Origin: Cladosporium halotolerans
Taxonomy: Eukaryota
DNA: 32,071 nt
Assembly (NCBI RefSeq): GCF_011745625.1
Contig: NW_027191462.1
Span: 620,001 to 652,071 of the forward strand
Direction: 5' to 3'
Shown here: positions 23,579-32,071 of the stretch, piece after piece
Position numbering within the stretch: position 1 is the stretch's first letter
Layout: the number at the start of each line of letters is the position of its first letter
Program-made: the position numbers and the translations under genes
Notes under the pieces: generated by a model
The model's input: only the letters and a program-made list of their open reading frames with translations
What the model was told of the DNA's origin: nothing
The model's database searches: none

Positions 23579-24680
23579 CTAGTGAGTGAATCGAAGATGG
23601 GGTCTCTTGTTGCCCCTGTAGACAGTCATTTTCACGTAGTGTGTCTTCTCGCCATCACTTATCGCCGACTTAACTTTCTCGCGATCCCTGGAAGCTGTCA
23701 TTAGTTGTGGCTTCTATGACTTGTATTAAGCAATCGACTCACGCATTCACAAGCACGTAGAAGACCTTCTCACCAACTAATAGAAGCGAGTTCGACACGC
23801 AGATATCGATGAGGACAGAGTTGCCCGCGCGATACAGCGGCTGTGTGCCTGTAGATTTGTGACGAGATGACGCTTGCGAGTTGCACCGACGCATTGTACA
23901 GCGCAGAAGCTACGGTGCGGGATCGCACTGTTCCAGCATTTCTGCTTGTGATTGCTACTGGTATAGCGTGTACGTAGGGTAGCCAAGGATGAATGTTGCA
24001 ATAAGCCAACGAGCTCAGTAAGAGGTGCTGGCATGGATTGCGAGAAGAGCAATAGTAAGAGGCAAAGTTCATAGCTGTCCTAGCAGACCAAGGTAGAAAC
24101 GTTGGTTGAAACACTCAGAAAGCCACGAAGGTAAGAGAAACTGCCGGATGAACAGCACATACGCAGTAATAGTCAGCATGGTTTTCTCGAAAGTCCCAAA
24201 TCCAAGAGATCCCAGATTGGAAGTGTAAAAGTTGGCTGGGGGAGAATGAGTACTTGCTTACAGCATACTCAAGACATGAGCAATGGAGGCTCACGTTGGG
24301 AATCGTTCAGGTAAGGCCAATCTAGTAAATGGGCCGCATATCAAGTACGCATTCTTTCAGCACACCAAAGCTGAGGGCCTCGAAGTTATGTATGTCGCCC
24401 TTCGATGGGTCGTCACGAATCATGAGGTTTGTGATGATCTTCTCCTCCCACTTATTATTGAATCAGCCTTAGCTACCGCGAAACCAACCTGCAGTCGTAT
24501 CAGAATTCGATGGTAGGTAAAACCGGGCAAAGATGCCGGTCAGTCCAGCAAAGGTACCTTCGAGCGCTAAAACCCGAGCACGTAGGTGCACAAGCTTGCA
24601 TCGAGCGCGGTTTGTGGCGGATTGGAGGTTGTCGGCAAGCCCGGATCCCATAGCGTAGTCGCAACGACATCTTGCGCAAA
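23579..24680 (-). pseudogene. Degenerate MFS transporter of the allantoate permease (Dal5/Soa1-like) family; only the C-terminal half is recognisable
   Basis: Minus-strand translation: LALEGTFAGLTGIFARFYLPSNSDTTAGWFRGS*G*FNNKWEEKIITNLMIRDDPSKGDIHN / DMRPIY*IGLT*TIP / LGSLGFGTFEKTMLTI / SRNAGTVRSRTVASALYN / QPLYRAGNSVL / RGNKRPHLRFTH*. Several in-frame stops (e.g. 24469-24471, 24463-24465) and frameshifts. Upstream boundary approximate. Confidence 0.85.
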
Positions 24681-25149
24681 AGGCACGAAAGCACAGCCAC
24701 AGCTTAAGACCATGGTCTCCGAGCTGCCTATAATTGTAATGCTTGAATTCGTGATTCTTTGAGTGGTAAGTCTCTCTCAGATGCAATCTTACGTGTTTCC
24801 GATTTGAGAGTAACCCTAAGCCATGTGACATGGTTACTGAGGTCGCCAAAGGAAAATTCGCAAGGTTGTGACGACACACGAATTACAATGATTTCTAATG
24901 TGGTGGGATGCCTGGGGAGAAGCGGGGAAATAGCGAAGAAACCAGCCTGCCAAGAGGTCCATTGGTGGATCTTCCTTTTCCGCGACGGTAGATTGATCCC
25001 CATTGCGGAGCAACAGATCGTCGCAGCGAGGGTGCTATTTTCCGACTCATGTTGGTGCCGCTACCTTCTAAGGTCAAGGCGCGTCTTCCATTTACAAGCA
25101 AACTTCAACTGTCCTTGGCTGTAGGCAACTTCATTGTCTTGACTTCATC

Positions 25150-26436
25150 ATGTCGCTACAGAAACCGACCCGACTACTCGCCTTTGCCATCCTGATAGCA
25201 ACAGTGCAAGCGACGCGCCTTTCGTTTGATCGTGGGTTGTGCCAGAGGCCCGGCAATGAAGCACTTCATGGGTGTCCAAAAAGCACACTACGAGTCGGTC
25301 CACACGCCGAGTTTCAGCATATTCAAGATGCGATTGATAGCATCTCAGATCGCCCTGATCCTTTTGTCATTCTAGTGGAACCTGGAAACTACACCGAGCA
25401 GCTCAACATTACCCGCGCAGGGAGTCTCTGGCTTTTGGGAGTGACAGATTCGCCGAACGACAGGACCAAGAATTCAGTCAATGTTATCTGGCACAACGCC
25501 ACTGGGACAGCTACCACAGGCACATACGACAACGCTTACACTTCAACGTTGACAATCGCACCCACTTTCAATGCCAGCTTGACTGGGACTGGGCCAACCG
25601 GTTTTGCTGTGCCACCAGACACGCCCTTCGGGAACGTCGACTTCAGGACATACAACTTAAACTTCATCAATGACTATCTGCCTTACGCTGCTGGGCCGAG
25701 CCTGGCTCTCAGCATCTCATATGCTAACGGCGGATTCTACTACACTCGTTTCCTCAGTTACCAGGACACGGTGAGTGCATTATGCCTCTTCGCCTGCGAG
25801 AAGCTTACTGAGATTGTTGCAGGTCTATGTCGGGAAGCTTGGAAACGCCTACATGTACGAGTCGGAGGTGGCAGGCCAAACTGACTTCTTTTATGGATTT
25901 GGGACATGCTGGATAACGGACTCCCTCGTCTCTTTACGCGGCTGTGGAGGTGGTATCACTGCTTGGAAGGGTACGAACACGAGATTCGAGAACAAGTATG
26001 GCATCTACATACACGACAGTGTCGTGCAAAAGGCCAATTCCTCTCTGGCTATCGAGGGGCAATGTGCCCTTGGTCGTCCATGGAACCCACAGCATCGCTC
26101 GATCTTTGCCAATTGCTATTTGGACGATAGTATACGAGCAAGCGGTTACATCCAGTGGTCTACTGCTGACCCAAGGGTCAATCAGAGTAAGTTCTTCATT
26201 GAGGAAGGTTTCAAGTTTGATATGCTGACGTTGAAATGCGATGCGTACAGACACCTCCATGGCCGAATACCGAGATTTTGGTCCAGGATGCTGCTGGCAG
26301 GGTGGCCGCGTTGAATGTTTCCATACTGCTTACTAAAGAGCAATATGCACCATTCGAATCTGTTAGTGAGGTGTTTCAGTTTCCTTCTGGAGGGTTTGGA
26401 AATACCGCCTGGATCCACCGCCACCCTCGTGCGTAG
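25150..26436 (+). CDS. Secreted pectin methylesterase (CE8) with an apparent frameshift near the C-terminus
   Basis: Signal-peptide-like start; exons 25150-25770, 25823-26186 and 26251 onward. CE8 motifs PGNYTE, SYQDT|VY, GQTDFFYGFG, LGRPW, MAEYRDFGPG. The spliced frame stops at 26334-26336, while the family-like tail lies in the +1 frame and ends at 26436. Confidence 0.85.
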
Positions 26437-26717
26437 AGGAGGGAGGTTCGGATTTGTATGTTGCGAAGGTTCTCTTGGGCGATACTCATGCTATGCAAGT
26501 GTCCAAGTCATTCTGGAAATCGAGACGGAGCGTGTTTCCAAAATGAACCTCGAAGATCTACAGACCAAGAGACAAAAAATGTCGATACCAGAGGACTTGT
26601 CCTCCATCTCTCGACGACGACCCCAAATGGCATCCACCTCTACGAACTGCCTAGGATGGATCGTGTCTATTCTATGTATCTAAATATAAGATTTACTCGA
26701 CCTATTGAAGGAAGCAA

Positions 26718-28343
26718 TCAATCGGAAATATCTTTCTTGTCCCCCTCGAGATGGCCACCATTACTGGCTGCCTCAACCTTCTCAATCTCCGAGACTTGGT
26801 GTGCGTCGGGGACAGAGAGACCTAAGTCGGCCTGTAGCTCGTGAATTTGGGAGGTGGTGAGCTTGGGCATTTGCTGGGCGATCTGGAAAGGCCACTTCTT
26901 TTGGACGTGAGCTTTGGCGAAAATAACGTCGATTTCCTCCAGGTCACGACCGGCAGTCTCAACGTAGAAGAAGTAGGCGAAAGGAATACCGACAAAGTTA
27001 ACCAGGGCGAAGAATAGGTAGATACCCCAGGGGCTGGCGTTGGAGAACACGGGAGTGAACATAACCACGGCGAAGTTGGTTATCCAGTTCGTGCAGGTAG
27101 AGGCGGAGGCAGCCATGGTACGGGTGCGGAGAGGATTGATCTCTGGCGGGTAAATCCAGGGCAGGGGCAAGGTGGTGAACGCAAAAAAGCAGATGAACAG
27201 GAAGATACCGACTGCGGCACCCTTGGCGTTCTGAGTATTTTCGTCGATCAAGCAGCCCATCGTGATAATGAATGACAGACCCTGGCCAAGGAAACCGATT
27301 AGGAAAAGGTTACGGCGACCAACCCTCTCAACCATGAAGAAGGAGGGAATGGTGGCCAGGGCGTAGACTGTGGCGAAGACACCACCCAGAACCAGCGACA
27401 TCTTGTGCTCTAGGTGCAGGTTGTTCTCGAAGAGAAGGGTCGAGTAGTAGATAGCAGCATTACAACCAGTGAACTGCTGGAAGAACTGGCCAGAGCAACC
27501 AATCATCATACGCTGGAATTCCTGGGTCTTGCCAAAAGTGAAGAGGGCTCTCCAGCTGCTGGACTGCTGAGACTGAGCAGCCTTCATATCAGCCTTTATC
27601 AGATGATAATCACGGAGGGTGTCCTCAGCGTCGACTGAACTGCCATTCAGCTCGGCCATAATTTGGAGGGCCTCATGGTCCTTGCCCTGCATCATGAACC
27701 AACGGGGAGATTCAGGTAGCATCAAGGCACCAACAGTGACCATGATGGCAAAGATTATCTGGAAGGCAACGGGGAATCGCCACTGAACGGAGGATTCGAC
27801 GTAGGAGAAACCGAAGTCAATCCAGTAGGCGATGAAAGTACCGACGGCAATGATAGCACCTTCGAAGCAGACGAGGAAACCACGGTTGTGGGCGTGGGAG
27901 CATTCAGACTGCCAGACGGGGATGGTGGCAGTGTCCATACCGTTTCCAAGACCTGAAATGACGCGTCCAATAACAAATTGACCGAGACCCCAGGACTCTC
28001 CGAATGAAGCAGTAGAAATGACGGTACCGAGCACCATCAACAGCCCACCAGCCACAAGCAGAGGAGTGCGGCCAGTACGCTGGCCGAAGATCAGGGTGAA
28101 GATTGCGCCGAAGAAGCATCCCAATTCGTAGCAGGCAGTGACAGCGCCCTGAAGAACGGAAACGTGTTGCGCATCACCATTGGCCTTATTGAGAACAGGA
28201 AATTCGTTGACGAAGGAGGAACCTTGCAAGATACCAGACATCAGACCCTGATCGTAGCCGAATAGAGAAAAACCGATGACGGAGGTGAAAGTGATGGCCA
28301 ACTGAAGCTTTTTGCCTCGAAGGCCACAAGTGGTTGTCCACAT
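26718..28343 (-). CDS. STL1: STL1-like sugar porter (glycerol/H+ symporter family), 541 aa, intronless
   Basis: Multi-TM MFS sugar porter: GLRGKKL..AIT, FSLFGYDQGLMSG, ATIPVWQSEC, SSVQWRFPVAFQ, LPESPRW, FFQQFTGCNAAIYYST, WIYPPEINPLRTR, ETAGRDLEEID. Substrate is inferred. Confidence 0.88.
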   Translation of the reverse strand: MWTTTCGLRGKKLQLAITFTSVIGFSLFGYDQGLMSGILQGSSFVNEFPVLNKANGDAQHVSVLQGAVTACYELGCFFGAIFTLIFGQRTGRTPLLVAGGLLMVLGTVISTASFGESWGLGQFVIGRVISGLGNGMDTATIPVWQSECSHAHNRGFLVCFEGAIIAVGTFIAYWIDFGFSYVESSVQWRFPVAFQIIFAIMVTVGALMLPESPRWFMMQGKDHEALQIMAELNGSSVDAEDTLRDYHLIKADMKAAQSQQSSSWRALFTFGKTQEFQRMMIGCSGQFFQQFTGCNAAIYYSTLLFENNLHLEHKMSLVLGGVFATVYALATIPSFFMVERVGRRNLFLIGFLGQGLSFIITMGCLIDENTQNAKGAAVGIFLFICFFAFTTLPLPWIYPPEINPLRTRTMAASASTCTNWITNFAVVMFTPVFSNASPWGIYLFFALVNFVGIPFAYFFYVETAGRDLEEIDVIFAKAHVQKKWPFQIAQQMPKLTTSQIHELQADLGLSVPDAHQVSEIEKVEAASNGGHLEGDKKDISD

Positions 28344-29000
28344 ATTGAAGAGATCGTTTATGATAGTAGTTCAGGCCAGCTGCAGAGAGAGGGAGAGAAG
28401 ATGAGAAAGCAGTGAGCCGAGGAACAATGGAGGATACAGACTCTTATGGGCTCCATTTCTGTGTCCCGATGCTTCTACGTAGCGTCAAGGTCTGCCCCAC
28501 GGGTATGAAGCGCTAAGGGGGAAAAGTTGGGCCGTAGAGAATGATGGGGGCGGCTTGGAGCAATCAGCAGGAAGAGCGATCAGCCGAGGGACCCCAAAGC
28601 GCTCTAAGCGCATTAGATGAAAGATGCAGAAGTGGAGGACAGAGTGCACGGCGCACCTTGAGGCGGGTCTTGTAGGGGAGAGGGCGGAGCGCCCCATCGG
28701 TCACATGGGGAGGACATGTACCGGGCATACGCTCGCAACAAGCTCACGCCGGGTGCGCTAGCAACAACAAGCTCAAGAGCCCCCGAGCTTGTTCTCCGCC
28801 CTTTCCGAGGTTCGAACCCTCGCTTATGTTTGTGCAAGCCACCTGTCCGCTCGGCAAAATTCCTACACGCCTACGGATCTACAGAGGCTCTCCCGATTTG
28901 TTCGCTACTCGGCACGGCTTATCGGGCAGAGAAACGTGGCCGGCAGCCACTTCCGTCACGCTCGCACTCTTGTGCTGCCGTGAGCCGAGATGTCTGTCGG

Positions 29001-30010
29001 ATGATAGCTACGGATGTAGAGAACATAAGTGGCAAGGTCCACGACCAACTCGCTAGTATTCCTGAGTACATGCTGCTCCAAGAGGTGAGTGACAGTGGAG
29101 CGTATAGCTTGCACGAAGGCGCGCAAAAGCTCTGATTTTGATTTCACAGTTTGAGAAGTTTCGCTAGGACTTCGACACAATGGACACGATCAAGGCAATG
29201 AAGAAGGATGCGCTTGTCGCCTAAAATCCAAGTCGTGTCCGCGGAATCCCCAAGCCGAACGAATACGACCTTGCCGTGCTAGACCACGGGGAGTAATACA
29301 AGTGGCGCCAGCCATTTATGCTACACTTCCTTAATGTTATCTGTCCGCTCGTCGCGGCTACGTGGGGAATGGACGAGCCGTGGAATAACGGTGCAGTTGC
29401 CCCTTAGCACGAACAGCTTGGCGTCTCGCGTTCTTCTAATGCGACCTACATCGAAGGTCTCATTATCGTGTCACCCTATTTGGCATGTGCACGACTCGGA
29501 TGCTGGCTCAACGAGCCTATGAACCGCTGGTTTGCTCTTCGTGACACGATCTGGAATTCCTACTTTGTTGCCTTGACGGCATCTATCCAGGAGGCTTTCA
29601 CGTACTTTGAGTGGCAATCGTTTGCTACCAGGTCCGCCCTAGGCCTCGGCGTTGGTGCCAAGTCGACCTTCCAACTTACGCTGCAGAATGCGCCCCGGCT
29701 CCCATTCGAGGTAGAATATATCCTATAGATCCCGGTGTTGTGTTGTAGTAATCTCATGAAAAGCGCTCTCGTTATGCAATGGCTAGTCTGGACCGCCTTC
29801 ACCATCAGGCTTGGTAACATCGTGGGCGGCGCTTTCTACTCCCTACCAGAAGACTTGGCTTGGTGTTTTATGCTCGGCTCTAGCTGTCTTGCCCCGCTCT
29901 TCGTCCTGGTCCAGGTCTATCTTTCTAGTGAATCAGACTTCGTCGAATCCAGCTGCAGCACAAGGCAATTGCTCAATGACTTCATACGTCGAAATACGCA
30001 ATTGCTTCTA
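29001..30010 (+). pseudogene. Degenerate sugar/polyol (inositol-type) MFS porter; only the N-terminal half is recognisable
   Basis: After a 29085-29149 intron (GTGAGT..CTGAT..CAG): FEKFR*DFD..KKDALVA*NP..*YKWRQPFMLHFLNVICPLVAATWGMDEPWNNGA..*..IEGLIIVSPYLACARLGCWLNEPMNRWF..LGLGVGAKST, frameshift to TYAAECAPAPIR, then ALVMQWLVWTAF.I.LG..AWCFMLGS. Stops at 29165, 29222, 29294, 29405. Boundaries approximate. Confidence 0.85.
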
Positions 30011-30575
30011 GTAACCATTCGCCGTTGCATCCCCAAGATCGATCAGATAAGACCGGCTTTCCCGATGAAGTGAAGCCGGCGCAGACTCCACTGCGAAACG
30101 TTGCCCCCGCGGGGTTTAACGTGGGCTGGGCGACTCAAACGCCTCGTTCTCGTTGTTCTCCTCCGCGTAGACATCACATAAGTGGAACACTTCCATCGCA
30201 GCGTCATGGCAGCGTCACTTTCTTTGCAAAGTACACTCGCCTTGTCGTCCATGCCCCGAAACATACTGGCAGTAGAGGCGTGGCGGGCAGATGGACGAGA
30301 GTCGCCCCGTTGGTCGCCCGCAGGGTCCTGGTTCGACGCCGCGATATCGCTCGCATCATTACATCAACCATGTCGGTAAGCGAGTTCGTTTCCCGGGACA
30401 AACTGACAGAGCAGGCTCCTTCTGCCCACTGCGGACACGTTGAAAACCGAGACCAAGCCGCCGCACGATCTTCAATCTTTCCATCACTCTCCTGTCGCAA
30501 AACTTCAATCCGTCGAGCACATCTCTTCAACCCGATTTTTACAATCTTCGCGCAATCCGAGCCGCAGACGACACC

Positions 30576-31664
30576 ATGTCCGATTCCATCCCCCAGAAGA
30601 TGCGCGCTGCCCGCGTGAAGGCCTTCAATCAACCTTACGAAGTTGCCGACGTCGACGTCCCCTCTGATCTTAAAGCGCACGACATCCTCGTCCAGATCAA
30701 AGCTGCCGGCTACTGCCATACCGATCTGCAAGTATTGCAAGGTGTCTACGAGTCTGCCGGCGCGAAGCCAGGCCTAATCGGTTCTCACGAGCCTGCTGGT
30801 GTGGTCGTGAAAGCTGGCCCAAAAGCAGGCGAAGCGGGGATCAAAATCGGCGACAGAGTGGGCTCAATCAACACGTACGGCTTCTGCAACAAGTGCAACA
30901 GCTGCAAGCAGGGGCAGCAACTTTGCGAAAAGCTGCCTGGCATGCTGGGCCTGACCATCAACGGTGGCTTTGCGCAATACATGAAGGCCGACGCGCGCGT
31001 CGTCACCAAGGTCCCCGAAGCAGTTCCATGGGATCAAGCCGCGCCGCTTTTCTGCGCTGGCGCCACGGTGTATGGAGCCATCCTTGCCGCAGATCCAAAG
31101 CCAGGCCAGTGGGTTGCTATGGTCGGTATCGGAGGACTAGGACACCTAGGTATCCAGTATGCGAAAGCGTTGGGATACAAAGTCGTCGCAATCGACAACC
31201 GCAAGGAGGCAATCGATCTGGCCAACGCAGTACCCGATAAGTTCAAACCGGACCAAAGCTACGTTGTTGATAGCGACGAGGCCATCAAGAAGGTCCGCGA
31301 GACTCTCATGGGCTCGTTCTACGACACTAACCCTGGCGTTGACCGCGTCATCGTGAATGCCGAGGAGCCTACGCTCGTCAAGTTCAGCCAGCAGTTCACG
31401 CGAAAGGGCGGAATCATCGTCGACGTCGGCCTGCCCTCGGGCGCAAGCTTTGAAGTCGATCCTTTCGCTTTGAACTTCAAGGAGCAGACTGTGAAGGGAC
31501 GCTTGATCTGCACACCGGATCAGTGTCAGGATATGATGAACCTGCATGCGAAGTCCGGCTGCGAGGTGCATATCGAGAAGACGTATAAGGTGGATGAGAT
31601 CAATGATATGCTTGAGCATTACAAGAGCAAGCAGCTGAAGGGAAGGGTTTGTATGGTATTCTAG
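30576..31664 (+). CDS. Zinc-dependent medium-chain alcohol dehydrogenase (MDR), 362 aa, intronless
   Basis: Catalytic Zn ligands GYCHTD, GSHEPAG, PLFCAG; structural Zn CNKCNSC......C; Rossmann GIGGLG followed by AID (suggests NAD). Confidence 0.92.
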   Translation: MSDSIPQKMRAARVKAFNQPYEVADVDVPSDLKAHDILVQIKAAGYCHTDLQVLQGVYESAGAKPGLIGSHEPAGVVVKAGPKAGEAGIKIGDRVGSINTYGFCNKCNSCKQGQQLCEKLPGMLGLTINGGFAQYMKADARVVTKVPEAVPWDQAAPLFCAGATVYGAILAADPKPGQWVAMVGIGGLGHLGIQYAKALGYKVVAIDNRKEAIDLANAVPDKFKPDQSYVVDSDEAIKKVRETLMGSFYDTNPGVDRVIVNAEEPTLVKFSQQFTRKGGIIVDVGLPSGASFEVDPFALNFKEQTVKGRLICTPDQCQDMMNLHAKSGCEVHIEKTYKVDEINDMLEHYKSKQLKGRVCMVF

Positions 31665-31971
31665 GGGCACGGACATTGGCTTCTTTGGAATCCATAGTAT
31701 GCGTACGTTAGAGTCTTCCTAGTGTTTATCACGTAGTCCGCTACTACAGATTCTACTGTGTTACGAAGTGCGTCTACGTATATGAACTAGCATAACCGGG
31801 CGAGCGGGGAAATGCCCTACTATAGCTACTTCGACGGATTTTCTGCCACTCTCATATTAGGATAGGTGAACGTCAAAGAAGTTTAGAATCCCTTCGAAAC
31901 TTACCTTAATCGCTTTTTGGGGTAGGGTTAGGAACGTAGCGCTTTAAATTTTGAAGCTAGCTTTTAAGCGT

Positions 31972-32045
31972 TCCTCGCCAAAAGGCAACGGAGGAGAACA
32001 CTGATCTCCTCGCCAAAAGGCAACGGAGGAGAACACTGATCTCCT
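31972..32045. repeat. Perfect tandem duplication of a 35-bp unit (about 2.1 copies)
   Basis: TCCTCGCCAAAAGGCAACGGAGGAGAACACTGATC at 31972-32006 and 32007-32041, followed by TCCT. Confidence 0.95.
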
Positions 32046-32071
32046 ACTAACCCTAAGGCGGCGCTAACCGT

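Noticed and set aside
28344..29000. AGGGG (STRE-like) and SYGGRG (CreA-like) motifs upstream of STL1
   Set aside because: Biologically plausible, but 5-6-mers at this GC content are expected by chance; not supportable without conservation data.
31972..32045. 35-bp palindromic repeat resembling a CRISPR repeat
   Set aside because: Copies are directly adjacent with no spacer, there are no cas genes, and the context is eukaryotic.

Overview
Eukaryotic, gene-dense, intron-containing DNA from a filamentous ascomycete. Short GT-AG introns with CTRAC/CTAAC-type branch points support this; a Dothideomycete-like assignment is inference only. About 1-20.7 kb is conserved housekeeping content: a partial RING E3 ligase missed by the ORF track, CWH43, a stand-alone NIF3/YqfO PII-like protein, a PDAP1/PP28-like protein, a BTB protein, a type II HAD, a Zn-HNH protein, SDS23, an ECM13-like protein, mitochondrial AsnRS, a spastin-like AAA ATPase and a TRP14-like thioredoxin. 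From about 21 kb onward the region looks accessory and partly decaying. It holds a secreted type-B carboxylesterase, a hidden half-length allantoate/sulfonate-type MFS pseudogene, a CE8 pectin methylesterase with an apparent C-terminal frameshift, an STL1-like transporter, a second hidden half-length sugar-porter pseudogene and a Zn-dependent alcohol dehydrogenase. The right edge has a 35-bp hairpin tandem repeat bracketed by inverted telomere-like motifs. No rRNA, tRNA, CRISPR array or intact transposon was recognised, and I found no clearly novel system. Family calls come from recognised motifs, not database searches; exon coordinates were read by hand.
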